A stretch of DNA of 64,000 bases from an uncultured Bacilli bacterium (lineage in GTDB: Bacteria > Bacillota_I > Bacilli_A > RF39 > UBA660): contig CANQFD010000001.1 of assembly GCA_947598325.1 (NCBI GenBank), positions 48,217 through 112,216 of the forward strand, given 5' to 3'. A program made the translations under genes and the position numbers. Each line of letters opens with the position of its first letter. The stretch's first letter is position 1. Under the pieces are notes generated by a model. That model was given only the letters and a program-made list of their open reading frames with translations. It did no database searches and was not told the origin of the DNA. Below are positions 30,315 to 40,600 of the stretch, piece after piece.

Positions 30315-31068
30315 TTTCTATATAAGGTACTATTACTTTAGTTCCAAGGGTAATTTGCTCAATATTATTATATTCTTTTAAAATTTCTTTAGTAACATTA
30401 TATTTCATACATATAGAATCTATATTATCATTATCTCTTACTATATGAACATAATAAGTTACATATTTTTCATCCTTTTCACTAAAATTATCAAAAATTG
30501 AACCAATTGCATTATTTTTACTTATATTATCTATATTTGAAACATTAGGTTCATTATCACTCATAACCATCTTTATATCTTCTTTATCTTGTTTAAACAA
30601 ATCGTTTATTATTATCTCATCCATATTGTCCCTCATTTCTATATTTTCTTCATCTTCTTCATTTTCTATTTCCTCTTTCTTTCTAGAATCTATTATTAAA
30701 TCTGGTTTTATTTCTTCTTCTTTTTCTTCTTCTTCTATTTCAACAATTTCAGAACCTTCTATTAAAACATCTATATTTACTCTTAATATTTCTTCATTTA
30801 TAATTTCAAATTTAAAATCATCAATATCAATTTTTATTCTATCCATATCATATTTAGTATCAAGTGTAATATCAAATGGAAGACCATGTATAAATGGTTC
30901 TGTATTTATTGATGTATCATTCATTTTATAGTCTCCACTAACTACAAATTCACCTGTAATTATATTATTAGATTCTATATTTAAATTATGTTCTAATGAT
31001 ATACTTGTTATCTCATAAATTTTAGTATTAAATTTTATGTCATTTGAAAATGGTATTATTTTCTTCAT
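30301..31068 (-). CDS. spoVID: Stage VI sporulation protein D-like: SpoVID N-domain, an acidic region, and a C-terminal LysM.
   Basis: N-terminal blocks ISL..TGEF, PFDITL and IDVLIEG match what I recall of the SpoVID N-domain. The Glu-rich middle reads EIEEEEKEEEIK. The C-terminal LysM reads YVTYYVHIVRDNDNIDSICMKYNVTKEILKEYNNI. I aligned this from memory, not from a database. Confidence 0.55.
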   Translation of the reverse strand: MKKIIPFSNDIKFNTKIYEITSISLEHNLNIESNNIITGEFVVSGDYKMNDTSINTEPFIHGLPFDITLDTKYDMDRIKIDIDDFKFEIINEEILRVNIDVLIEGSEIVEIEEEEKEEEIKPDLIIDSRKKEEIENEEDEENIEMRDNMDEIIINDLFKQDKEDIKMVMSDNEPNVSNIDNISKNNAIGSIFDNFSEKDEKYVTYYVHIVRDNDNIDSICMKYNVTKEILKEYNNIEQITLGTKVIVPYIENETV

Positions 31069-31124
31069 ATTAATCCCTCACTTCTAATTAATAATATTAA
31101 AAAGAGTTCAAAATTAGAACTCTT

Positions 31125-33431
31125 TTATTCAAAAATATTATTATAAATATCCATGTAATTATCTACTAAAACTATCTTTATTTCATCTTTTATCTCATTA
31201 GGTACTTCATCTAAGTCATTTTCATTCTCTTTTGGAATAAATACCATCTTAACACCTGAATTAAATGCTCCTACCATTTTTTCTTTTAATCCTCCAATTG
31301 GAAGAACATTACCTCTTAAAGTCATTTCACCAGTCATTGCTATTTGATTTGATACAGATCTTTTTGTTAATGAACTTATAATAGCTGTTGTAAGCGTTAC
31401 TCCTGCGGATGGTCCGTTCTTTGGAATAGCACCCTCTATAGCGTTTATATGGATATTACTATTATTTAATATTTTTTCATCTATTTTAAATTCTTTATAA
31501 TGACTTTTTACATATCCTAAAGCTATTTCAGCACTTTCTTTCATAACTTCCCCCAAAGAACCTGTCATTACAACCTTTCCTTCTCCTTTATAATTTATTA
31601 CCTCGATTGGGAGAATCATTCCACCAAAATTAGTATATGCAAGACCATTTACTACACCACTATCATTGTCTTTAGTGTTATTTATATAAGAGTATTTTTT
31701 ATTTCCTAAATAATCTTTTATATTTTTATCTGTTATAATATGTCTTTTCTTTTTATTAGAACTAACTATATCTTTAACAACTTTTCTCATTATAGAAGAT
31801 AAAACTCTTTCTAGTTCTCTTACACCTGCTTCTTTAGTATAGTTATTTATAATACATTTAATAGCATCCTCGTCTATTTTTATGTTTCTTTTATTTAAAC
31901 CATGTTCTTTTAATAATTCTTCATACATATGATTATTAACAATATCTATTTTTTCAAATATAGTATAACTTGATAAATTAATTATTTCTAATCTATCTCT
32001 AAGAGCATATGGAATAGAGTTTATATCGTTTGCAGTTAAAATAAACATAACACTAGATAAATCAAATGGTTCTTCTATATAATTATCATAAAATAGTTTA
32101 TTTTGTTCTGGATCAAGTACTTCAAGAAGACTACTAGCGGGATCTCCTTTAATATCTTTAGTCATTTTATCTATTTCATCGATTAAAAATACTGGATTCA
32201 TTGACTTTGCTTTTTGCAATCCATTTATAATCCTACCAGGAGATGAACCTATATAAGTTCTTCTATGTCCTATTATTTCTGCTTCATCGTTAACTCCACC
32301 TACTGATATTTTAACAAAATTTCTATTTAAGGCTTTAGCTATTGAAAAAGCAAGAGATGTTTTACCAACTCCAGGAGGCCCCACTAAACATAAAATAGGT
32401 CCTTTAATAGAATTAGTTAATTGTTTAACTGCTATATATTCAATTATTCTATTTTTAACTTCATAAAGTCCAAAATGGGTCTCATTTAGTAACTTTTCTA
32501 TATTTTTTAAATTAGTATTATCACAAGTATATGTCCCAAATGGTAGTGACAAGATTGTATCAATATAATTTTTTACAATAGATATTTCAGGTGATGTTGT
32601 AGGAAGTGACTTATATCTTTTTATTTCTTTGTATAATTTATTTTTTATATTTTCATTAGCACATAAATTATCTACTTTTTTTACTAATTCATTTACTTCT
32701 TCATCTTTAGTTATATCTTCACCAAGTTCTTCTTTTATAACCCTTAATTTTTCTTTTAATATATATTCTTTATTAGAATTATCTAATTGTTCTTTTAATT
32801 TCATATCAATATTTTTATCTATAATATTTATATTTTTTTCATCATTTAAATCTTTTAGTAACATTTCTGCTCTAACTAAACAATTAGACTCATATACATA
32901 TTTAACTTTTTTCTCAAATCTTAATGGTAACATATTTATAATGGTATCAGTCAGTCTTTCAAGTGAAGATTCTTCTGTAATTTTATTAATTATTCCATTT
33001 GAAATATTTGGCATTATAGATATATAAGATGAAAATTCTTTTTGAAGTTTTCTTAAAATTGCTTCTTCTTCTAATTCATTATATTTATCTACAATTACTG
33101 GTCCTATAATAGAATTTAAATTACCTTCTTCAATATACTCATATATTTTTGCTCTATTTATTCCTAATATACTTATTCTAATATTGTTATTAGGAAGTTC
33201 AAAGTTACTAGTTATTTTTCCTATGGTTCCAACTAATGGAAGATCTTTTACATCAAGTGTATCTTCTGTTATACATTCTGGGGATATTAATAATACATAT
33301 CCATCATGTTCATTAGATGATTTATAAATTATATTTTTATCTATTTCACTACTAATTTCTAATTTTAATTCACCATGTGGAAGTAAAATCATGTTTCTTA
33401 AGACTATAACTGGCAGCTTTGTTTTTAACAT
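31125..33431 (-). CDS. lon: ATP-dependent Lon protease (LonA).
   Basis: N-terminal LON domain, Walker A GPPGVGKTS, and the S16 catalytic loop PKNGPSAGVT. Confidence 0.9.
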   Translation of the reverse strand: MLKTKLPVIVLRNMILLPHGELKLEISSEIDKNIIYKSSNEHDGYVLLISPECITEDTLDVKDLPLVGTIGKITSNFELPNNNIRISILGINRAKIYEYIEEGNLNSIIGPVIVDKYNELEEEAILRKLQKEFSSYISIMPNISNGIINKITEESSLERLTDTIINMLPLRFEKKVKYVYESNCLVRAEMLLKDLNDEKNINIIDKNIDMKLKEQLDNSNKEYILKEKLRVIKEELGEDITKDEEVNELVKKVDNLCANENIKNKLYKEIKRYKSLPTTSPEISIVKNYIDTILSLPFGTYTCDNTNLKNIEKLLNETHFGLYEVKNRIIEYIAVKQLTNSIKGPILCLVGPPGVGKTSLAFSIAKALNRNFVKISVGGVNDEAEIIGHRRTYIGSSPGRIINGLQKAKSMNPVFLIDEIDKMTKDIKGDPASSLLEVLDPEQNKLFYDNYIEEPFDLSSVMFILTANDINSIPYALRDRLEIINLSSYTIFEKIDIVNNHMYEELLKEHGLNKRNIKIDEDAIKCIINNYTKEAGVRELERVLSSIMRKVVKDIVSSNKKKRHIITDKNIKDYLGNKKYSYINNTKDNDSGVVNGLAYTNFGGMILPIEVINYKGEGKVVMTGSLGEVMKESAEIALGYVKSHYKEFKIDEKILNNSNIHINAIEGAIPKNGPSAGVTLTTAIISSLTKRSVSNQIAMTGEMTLRGNVLPIGGLKEKMVGAFNSGVKMVFIPKENENDLDEVPNEIKDEIKIVLVDNYMDIYNNIFE

Positions 33432-33577
33432 AATTTTACCTCCTCATCAAGTAATTTAATAAACAATGTTTATTATAAATTAAATATAAAAATTGTCAAT
33501 AAAAATAAGTAAGTTTTATTTAGAAAAATAATATATAAAAATATGGCAATAAATTCTAAACTAAAAAATAAAAAAAA

Positions 33578-33607
33578 TATGGAAATAGTAACCATATTTT
33601 TAATAAT
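33578..33607 (-). terminator. Intrinsic terminator downstream of tig.
   Basis: atatgg-aaatagtaa-ccatat hairpin with a T-run on the minus strand. Confidence 0.45.
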
Positions 33608-33641
33608 AAAAGTATTTATCTATCTTTACCAAATTTAAACT

Positions 33642-34886
33642 TTATTTTTTTAATATTTCTACAACTTTTTGCATTTGAATATCATACTTTAGCATTTCAG
33701 TTCCACCAATTTCTTTTAATACTTCATCTTTATTCATTTGATATTTATCTGAAAGCTTTTTAATTTCATCTTCTACTTCTTTATCTGATACTTCTATCTT
33801 TTCTTTTATAGCTATTTCTTCAAGCATAAATCTATATTTTACTCTCTTCTGTGCTTCTTCTCTCATTTGAGATTCTAGTGCTTCTTGATTTGAATTAGTA
33901 AACTGATAGAACATTTCAAGAGTTATTCCTTGCATTTTTAAATTATCTTCATATTGATGTATCATTCTATGTATTTCTTCATGAATAAGTTCTTCTGGAA
34001 GTTCAACTTCTGTATTTTTAGCTGCTTCTTCAAGTAAATCATCTACATATTTATTTTCTACTTCATATTCTTTTTTTGCCTCTAAATCGACTTTCAATAA
34101 GTCTCTTAATTGTTCCTCATTTTCTACATTATCAAAACCTAAATCTTTAAAAAACTCTTCATCCATTTTTGGTAGTTGTTTTGTTTTTACCTCATTAACT
34201 TTTACTTTAAATATAGCTGGCTTTCCTTTTAAATCTTCATGAGCATAATCTTCTGGGAATGTAACATTAATATCTTTTTCATCTCCTGCTTTAAGTCCAA
34301 TTAATTGTTCTTCAAATCCAGGAATAAATGTATTACTTCCTATTTCTAATGGATAATTTTCTCCCTTTCCACCATCAAATGCTACTCCGTCTTTAAATCC
34401 TTCAAAATCAATAATAGCAGTATCACCGTTTTCTATTTTATCATTTTTTACAACTACATCTGCATATTTTTCAAGTAACTTTCCAATTTCAGTATCTACT
34501 TCTTTTTTAGTTACACTAACCTTACCTTTTTTAACATCTAATCCAGTATATTTTTTTAATTTTACTTCAGGTTTTGTAGTTATGACAAAATTAAATTTTA
34601 CTCCATTTTCGTTTACTTCTTTAATATCTATTTTTGGTTGAATAATTGGAACTAGATTATCCTTATCAAGTGCTTCTTTATACGCATCTACTAATACTAT
34701 GTTAATAGCTTCTTCATATAAAGATTCTTTTCCAAATCTTTTTTCAAAAATATTTCTTGGAACTTTCCCTTTTCTAAAACCATCAACTTTAACATTTTTT
34801 TGTGCTTTTAAAAATGAACTATCAAGTGCATCGTTCCATTTTTTTCCTTTTATCTCTATCTCAATTTCATGTATATTTTTTTTCAT
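33642..34886 (-). CDS. tig: Trigger factor.
   Basis: GFRKGKVP ribosome-binding motif, a PPIase domain, and a C-terminal arm. Confidence 0.9.
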   Translation of the reverse strand: MKKNIHEIEIEIKGKKWNDALDSSFLKAQKNVKVDGFRKGKVPRNIFEKRFGKESLYEEAINIVLVDAYKEALDKDNLVPIIQPKIDIKEVNENGVKFNFVITTKPEVKLKKYTGLDVKKGKVSVTKKEVDTEIGKLLEKYADVVVKNDKIENGDTAIIDFEGFKDGVAFDGGKGENYPLEIGSNTFIPGFEEQLIGLKAGDEKDINVTFPEDYAHEDLKGKPAIFKVKVNEVKTKQLPKMDEEFFKDLGFDNVENEEQLRDLLKVDLEAKKEYEVENKYVDDLLEEAAKNTEVELPEELIHEEIHRMIHQYEDNLKMQGITLEMFYQFTNSNQEALESQMREEAQKRVKYRFMLEEIAIKEKIEVSDKEVEDEIKKLSDKYQMNKDEVLKEIGGTEMLKYDIQMQKVVEILKK

Positions 34887-34954
34887 AATTCCTCCTTAAA
34901 AAATCTATTTTATTATATAATAATTGCCAATTTATATCAATAGAAAATTTTATT

Positions 34955-35161
34955 TTATTTAACCTTATCTATATCTATACATTTCCCTTCACCAATTGTC
35001 TCACCTTGTATATACTGTTTTTTTGATATAGAACAGTAAATTTTAGTACCGGTATCAATTATAGTCCCACCAAGTAATTTAATTACAAGAATAAAAAATA
35101 TTGTAATAACTGTTATTATAATAATATATTCTAATAATGTCTTATTTTTAGTTTCTTTCAT
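34955..35161 (-). CDS. Small single-TM protein (68 aa).
   Basis: A GGAGATG RBS lies 6 nt upstream. The hydrophobic core reads LLEYIIIITVITIFFILVI. Confidence 0.35.
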   Translation of the reverse strand: MKETKNKTLLEYIIIITVITIFFILVIKLLGGTIIDTGTKIYCSISKKQYIQGETIGEGKCIDIDKVK

Positions 35162-35207
35162 TATCTCATCTCCAAATATTTTAATTTATTTACTTTATTA
35201 ATTGAAT

Positions 35208-36476
35208 CTAATTTCTAAATTCAAATTCAAAATCGAGTATTCTAACAATATCTCCTTCTACTATACCCATTTCTTTTAAATCATCATCTACACCCATTTT
35301 ACGAAGTTTATTTGCAAATCTTTTTGCACCTTCATCAGTAAATTTAGTCATTTTAAGAAGTTTTTCAATTTCTTCTCCCTTAACTATATAAATATTTCCC
35401 TCTTTATAAATATTATAGGGTTTTTCTTCTTTAAACTTGTAAAGTACATGGTTTTCAAATGATATATCTTCATAAAGTGGCTGTTCTTGTTGTTTATCAA
35501 GTTCATCAGCTATTTTAATTAAAACATTATCTATTCCATCACCATTTATAGCAGATATTTCATATACATCTTTTTTTACTTTTTTCTTAAATTCTTTTAA
35601 ATTTTCTTTTGATGAATCCATATCCATTTTATTAGCTATTATTACTTGTGGTTTACTCATAAGTTTTGGATTAAAACTTTCTAACTCTTTATTTATTTTT
35701 GTATAATCCTCATATGGATCTCTTCCCTCTTGTGCACTCATGTCTATAATATGCGCTATTACTCTAGTTCTCTCTATATGTTTTAAAAATTGATCACCAA
35801 GACCTTCACCCTTTGAAGCACCTTCTATTAAACCAGGTAGATCTGCTGCAACAAAAACTCTATTATCTATAGTCTTAACAACTCCAAGATTAGGCACTAA
35901 TGTAGTAAAATGATAAGCAGCTATTTTTGGTTTAGCTTTAGATATTTTAGAAATAAGTGTACTTTTACCAACACTTGGCATACCAACAAAACCAACATCT
36001 GCAAGTAATTTAAGTTCTATTTTTAATTTTCTTATTTCACCAGGCTCACCGTTTTCAGAAAAATTAGGAGCAGGATTATTATGAGTTGCAAACGCAGTAT
36101 TTCCTCTTCCACCTCTTCCACCTTTTGCAACTACTACCTCATCATTTTTTTTAGTTAAATCTGCTAAAATTAGGCCAGTATCCATATCAGTTACTACTGT
36201 TCCTTGAGGTACTTTAACTATTATATCTTCTGCATTTTTACCATTTTTATTACTACCAAGACCATTTGCACCTTTTTTACCTTTTATAAGTTTTTTATAT
36301 CTTAAATCAAGGAGAGTTTTAAGTCCTAAATCAACCTTAAATACTATACTAGAACCTTTTCCTCCATTTCCCCCAGCAGGACCTCCCATAGGTATATATT
36401 TTTCTCTTCTAAATCCAGTACATCCGTCTCCACCATCTCCTGCTTTTACATCTATGACAACTTCATCAATAAACAT
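35208..36476 (-). CDS. obg: GTPase Obg/CgtA.
   Basis: Obg-fold MFIDEVVIDVKAGDGGDGCTGFRREKYIPMGGPAGGNGGKG, the G-domain GMPSVGKST, and a C-terminal TGS-like domain. I placed the start at the ATG at 36476 because an AAGGAGG RBS sits upstream of it. Confidence 0.9.
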   Translation of the reverse strand: MFIDEVVIDVKAGDGGDGCTGFRREKYIPMGGPAGGNGGKGSSIVFKVDLGLKTLLDLRYKKLIKGKKGANGLGSNKNGKNAEDIIVKVPQGTVVTDMDTGLILADLTKKNDEVVVAKGGRGGRGNTAFATHNNPAPNFSENGEPGEIRKLKIELKLLADVGFVGMPSVGKSTLISKISKAKPKIAAYHFTTLVPNLGVVKTIDNRVFVAADLPGLIEGASKGEGLGDQFLKHIERTRVIAHIIDMSAQEGRDPYEDYTKINKELESFNPKLMSKPQVIIANKMDMDSSKENLKEFKKKVKKDVYEISAINGDGIDNVLIKIADELDKQQEQPLYEDISFENHVLYKFKEEKPYNIYKEGNIYIVKGEEIEKLLKMTKFTDEGAKRFANKLRKMGVDDDLKEMGIVEGDIVRILDFEFEFRN

Positions 36477-36489
36477 AACATCCTCCTTA

Positions 36490-37128
36490 TTAGCCTTTAA
36501 ACACAGCATCTACATAATATATTGCTCGCTTTTCTTTAAAATATTGTTTTTCAAAATCAGTCATAATATTTTCAATATTTCTTTCATCATTGTGTAAATC
36601 TAAACTAACTTTTGAAAAAGTGTACCAATAATTACTTAAACTTTCTAGTGAAGAAGAAAATAATATCTTATTATCAGTTTTTAAAATAATGTGTTTGTTT
36701 TTTCTAAATATTCTATCATATAACTTTAGGTAACTTACATGAGTAAATCTTTTCTTTTCATCCTGTTTTTTTGGCCAAGGTTCTGAAAATGTTAAATATA
36801 TTGTATCTATTTCTTTACCAAAATAATCAATAATATTTTTTGCATCACTGCAAATTATTTTTAAATTATCTATTTTTTGACATCCAAGTTTATTAATAGC
36901 AGATGCAGTTTGAGATTTATCAATTTCTAGTCCTATATAATTAATATTTTTATGCATCTTTGCCATTTCAATAATAAAGTTTCCTCTACCCATACCAAGT
37001 TCTAAACAAATAGGATTATTATTATTAAATACTTCTTTCCATTTTCCTTTATATTTTTCTGGATTTTTAATAATATATTTACTATCATCTAGTATATTTT
37101 GAGCATTTTTTATAGTATTATAACGCAT
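36490..37128 (-). CDS. trmB: tRNA (guanine-N7)-methyltransferase.
   Basis: SAM-binding LELGMGRGNFIIEMA and the TrmB blocks FSEPWPKK. Confidence 0.8.
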   Translation of the reverse strand: MRYNTIKNAQNILDDSKYIIKNPEKYKGKWKEVFNNNNPICLELGMGRGNFIIEMAKMHKNINYIGLEIDKSQTASAINKLGCQKIDNLKIICSDAKNIIDYFGKEIDTIYLTFSEPWPKKQDEKKRFTHVSYLKLYDRIFRKNKHIILKTDNKILFSSSLESLSNYWYTFSKVSLDLHNDERNIENIMTDFEKQYFKEKRAIYYVDAVFKG

Positions 37129-37225
37129 AATGACACCTCAAAAAAATTTTACCATAAAATTGAAAAAAATACCATTAAAATAAAAATTAGTTTACTTAAA
37201 TTAAAAAAAAGATAATAAACAATTA

Positions 37226-37510
37226 TTATCCTTCATATACACTAACTTGTTTTTTATCTTTTCCTTTACGTTCAAACTTAACTACACCTGCTATTTTAGC
37301 AAATAATGTATGATCTACACCCATACCAACATTTTTACCTGGATAAATTTTTGTACCTCTTTGACGATAAATAATTGAGCCAGCACTTATAAATTCACCA
37401 TCTGCAGCTTTAGCACCTAATCTTCTACCAGCACTATCACGTCCATTATGAGTTGAACCTTGCGCTTTAACATGGGCAAATCTTTGTATATTTAAAACCA
37501 TCTTTAACAT
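37226..37510 (-). CDS. rpmA: 50S ribosomal protein L27, with an N-terminal propeptide.
   Basis: [28 protein letters not shown]. The propeptide [11 protein letters not shown] precedes the AHVK start of mature L27, the substrate of Prp. Confidence 0.9.
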   Translation of the reverse strand: MLKMVLNIQRFAHVKAQGSTHNGRDSAGRRLGAKAADGEFISAGSIIYRQRGTKIYPGKNVGMGVDHTLFAKIAGVVKFERKGKDKKQVSVYEG

Positions 37511-37511
37511 G

Positions 37512-37814
37512 TTAAACTCTCCTCCTTATAATCTTTATATTATCTTTATAATTATTTTGTAATTCTTCTAAAAGAGAAATCATATTATTTATAAGTTTTC
37601 TAACTATATTGTTTTCTTTTAGAATTTCTATTTGTATTTCATTTTCTAAATCTTTATAACTAATTGCAAATTCATCTATTTCAATTATTGCATTAATAGT
37701 TGTTATTACAATAGAACTTACTGATGCACAAACAATATCTTTTCCATACTCATCGTAATTAGCATGACCAGAAATTGTTATTTTATTATCATTTTTCAAA
37801 TCTACTTTTATCAT
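37512..37814 (-). CDS. prp: Ribosomal-processing cysteine protease Prp (YsxB).
   Basis: [21 protein letters not shown], a His/Cys dyad. Position is between rplU and rpmA. Confidence 0.8.
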   Translation of the reverse strand: MIKVDLKNDNKITISGHANYDEYGKDIVCASVSSIVITTINAIIEIDEFAISYKDLENEIQIEILKENNIVRKLINNMISLLEELQNNYKDNIKIIRRRV

Positions 37815-37816
37815 AA

Positions 37817-38113
37817 TTATTTTATTGACTTAATAACAACTTTTGTATATGGTTGTCTATGTCCTTGAGTTTTATGATATTTTTTCTTAGGATTATACTT
37901 AAATATTGTTATCTTTTTTTGTTTTCCTTGTTTAGCAATTTCCCCAATAACTTTTGCACCAGTAACATATGGAGTTCCAACTTTACCATCAAGATATACT
38001 ACCTTATCGAATGTAATCTTATCACCAACATTACCAGCAAGTTTTTCAACATAAATTTCATCTTTTTCTTCTACAGTGTATTGCTTACCACCAGTTTCAA
38101 TTATTGCTTTCAT
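37817..38113 (-). CDS. rplU: 50S ribosomal protein L21.
   Basis: [43 protein letters not shown]. Confidence 0.9.
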   Translation of the reverse strand: MKAIIETGGKQYTVEEKDEIYVEKLAGNVGDKITFDKVVYLDGKVGTPYVTGAKVIGEIAKQGKQKKITIFKYNPKKKYHKTQGHRQPYTKVVIKSIK

Positions 38114-38240
38114 TCTTAACTACCTCCTTTATATTATATTCTAAGACTCGCCTTTTAAGGTGCATCAAAATGCTTATAACCTTATTAGTGCGGTTGTAGA
38201 GCCAAAAGAGGCTTTACAAACATTAAAATTTTACCATAGA
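38114..38240 (-). promoter_or_regulatory. rplU 5' leader: an L21-leader-like structured UTR with a promoter.
   Basis: About 120 nt of unusually GC-rich non-coding sequence follows a TTGACA-18-TAAAAT promoter (minus strand). It contains GGCTCTACAACCGCACTAATAAGG and ends at the RBS AAAGGAGG. Confidence 0.4.
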
Positions 38241-38280
38241 TTATAAGAAAATGTCAATCGTAATTATTTAAATTTTTAAC

Positions 38281-39318
38281 TTAATTCATTTGTAATTTAT
38301 ATTCTAGCTTATGCTTAGCTTTATTTATATCTGATAATGTGAAATCAATTAATGAATCAACTCTTAGAGCAATTTTATTATTTATGTATTCTATTTCTTT
38401 ATTTTCATAAACTCTATCTGCTATATTACCAACTGATTTTGATGAACAATCATTTAATATTAGAAATTCCATCATTTTTGCTTTTGTTATAAATAAATAC
38501 TTTAATATTTCTGGATCACAATATATTCCGGTGTTAATAGTATCCTTATTAAAAACATCATCATTTTCACCAATTTTATCTGCAAAAATACCAATTACAT
38601 TTTCTTTTTCATCTTTACTATAAAGTTTATCAGATACTATATGAATAAAATCAGTATATTGTTTATTTATAACCATATATTCAATAAGTTCTTCTTTTTT
38701 ATCAAATAAACAATTTAAAATATTATTGTCAAAGTATATTCCTGTTTTTAAAATTATTTCTGTATTTTTTGATTTTATAATAGATTCAATTATTTTTTTA
38801 GTATATAAGGTAATATCAAATGTAAAAGATTCTTTAAATTTATATAATTTTTCTAATAAATTAAATAACTCTTTAGGACCTTTCGTTACATAATTATCGA
38901 TAAAATATTCAAAGTACACTCCATCTAATTTATTATTAATTATTACATCAAGAGATTTATCTAAATCATAATTTACTAGTAGTGATAATATTTGCGGAAT
39001 ATTATTCGCATCTATATCATCCAAAATTAATGAAGTAGATAATATATACGGAATGCATCTATCGATAATATCCTTAGAACAACAATCTTTTAATATTTTT
39101 TTTAAATATAATTTCTTTTCTTCTAATAATAAATATGAACTATATTTAAAAAACAAATAAGATAATTTTGTTCCATAACTATTATTCAATAAATAAATTA
39201 AAATATTTTTATAATTATTGCTTGATAATGTATAACCTTTTTCTTCTAGGAATTTTTCTATGTGATTAATATCATTACTTTTTAAATTTTTTTTAACTGT
39301 GATATTTTCAAATAGCAT
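38281..39318 (-). CDS. Hypothetical protein (345 aa).
   Basis: The ORF is the only evidence. I recognise no motif. Confidence 0.45.
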   Translation of the reverse strand: MLFENITVKKNLKSNDINHIEKFLEEKGYTLSSNNYKNILIYLLNNSYGTKLSYLFFKYSSYLLLEEKKLYLKKILKDCCSKDIIDRCIPYILSTSLILDDIDANNIPQILSLLVNYDLDKSLDVIINNKLDGVYFEYFIDNYVTKGPKELFNLLEKLYKFKESFTFDITLYTKKIIESIIKSKNTEIILKTGIYFDNNILNCLFDKKEELIEYMVINKQYTDFIHIVSDKLYSKDEKENVIGIFADKIGENDDVFNKDTINTGIYCDPEILKYLFITKAKMMEFLILNDCSSKSVGNIADRVYENKEIEYINNKIALRVDSLIDFTLSDINKAKHKLEYKLQMN

Positions 39319-39367
39319 TTAAATCACCTATTTCTTTAATTTTTTTAATTATTATACAATACAAATA

Positions 39368-39925
39368 TTAATTTTTCCATATAATTTCTTTAGTATTTTT
39401 TACTAATTTCTTAGCATTATTAAAATCTATAATTTCACCGGTCATTAATGCTTCCATTTTTTTAAGTCTTATTAATTCAAAATAGTTACTTATCTGTTTC
39501 TCATATAAATCATTTATTTTTAAATATTTATCTTTATCTATAGGAGATATAATCTTTGTTGTTAATGCATCCATAGTATCTGATACTAATTCTTTCTTTG
39601 TAAATATTTCATGTACTATTGGACCTTTGCCATATGCAATTATATTTACAGGCAAATTATGTTTATCATAAACGCATCTTGTATCCATTAAAATTTTATT
39701 ATAATAATCAGTTTTTTCTTGCCTTGAATTATATTTATTCGAATGTATAAAATTTATTCTTTTTTCTTCATAAGCAATTAAATCTATATCTATCATTTTT
39801 AAAATACAAAATAATTGATTTCCTTCATAACTTATATTTTTTTCAATAATAGGAATTAAATAATAATATTTTTTAAACATAAAAATTACCTCTTTAAATA
39901 TAACTAAATTAATATATTGAAACAT
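39368..39925 (-). CDS. Hypothetical protein (185 aa).
   Basis: The ORF is the only evidence. I recognise no motif. Confidence 0.4.
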   Translation of the reverse strand: MFQYINLVIFKEVIFMFKKYYYLIPIIEKNISYEGNQLFCILKMIDIDLIAYEEKRINFIHSNKYNSRQEKTDYYNKILMDTRCVYDKHNLPVNIIAYGKGPIVHEIFTKKELVSDTMDALTTKIISPIDKDKYLKINDLYEKQISNYFELIRLKKMEALMTGEIIDFNNAKKLVKNTKEIIWKN

Positions 39926-39960
39926 ATATTAACATATTTTTTTTAAATCACAAAATATAT

Positions 39961-40536
39961 TTATAAATATTTAATAATTTCATTTATCTTATTAATATCA
40001 TTTGTTAATACATTAAAGTTATCTTTCATTTTAACTATTCTTGCAGGAATCCCAACTACAGTAGAATTTTTGGGGACTTCATCTAGAACAACTGCTCCTG
40101 CACCTATTTTAGCATTTTCATATACCGTGAATGAACCAAGTACTTTAGCTCCTGCACCTATCATAACATTATCTAAAATGGTTGGATGTCTTTTACCTGT
40201 TTTATTTTCTACAGCACCAAGAGTAACGCCTTGATATATAGTAACATTATTACCAATATATGTTGTCTCACCAATTACAACACCCATTCCATGATCGATG
40301 AATAATCCTTTTCCTATTACAGCCCCAGGGTGAATTTCTATTCCTGTTTTTCTTTTTGCTCTTTCAGATATGTATCTAGCTAAAAAATAATGACCTTTAA
40401 TATATAAATAATGTGATATTCTATAATATAAAATAGCTCTAAAGCCAGGATATAATATAGCTTCAAAAGATTTAATAGCTGGGTCTTTTTTTTTAATAGT
40501 TTTTATTTCATATTTTATATATTTAATTATTTTCAT
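39961..40536 (-). CDS. cysE: Serine O-acetyltransferase.
   Basis: Hexapeptide repeats [50 protein letters not shown], plus a SAT N-terminal helical domain. Confidence 0.8.
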   Translation of the reverse strand: MKIIKYIKYEIKTIKKKDPAIKSFEAILYPGFRAILYYRISHYLYIKGHYFLARYISERAKRKTGIEIHPGAVIGKGLFIDHGMGVVIGETTYIGNNVTIYQGVTLGAVENKTGKRHPTILDNVMIGAGAKVLGSFTVYENAKIGAGAVVLDEVPKNSTVVGIPARIVKMKDNFNVLTNDINKINEIIKYL

Positions 40537-40600
40537 AAGTACCTCCTACTTATTATATTCAAAATAAGAGTCTTTACAATAATTAAAAAAAACTATTAAT

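Noticed and set aside
34955-35161. Possible type IV prepilin/pseudopilin: hydrophobic N-terminus with Glu at about +5.
   Set aside because: There is no Gly-Phe/Met cleavage motif before the hydrophobic segment. It looks like a generic single-TM small protein.
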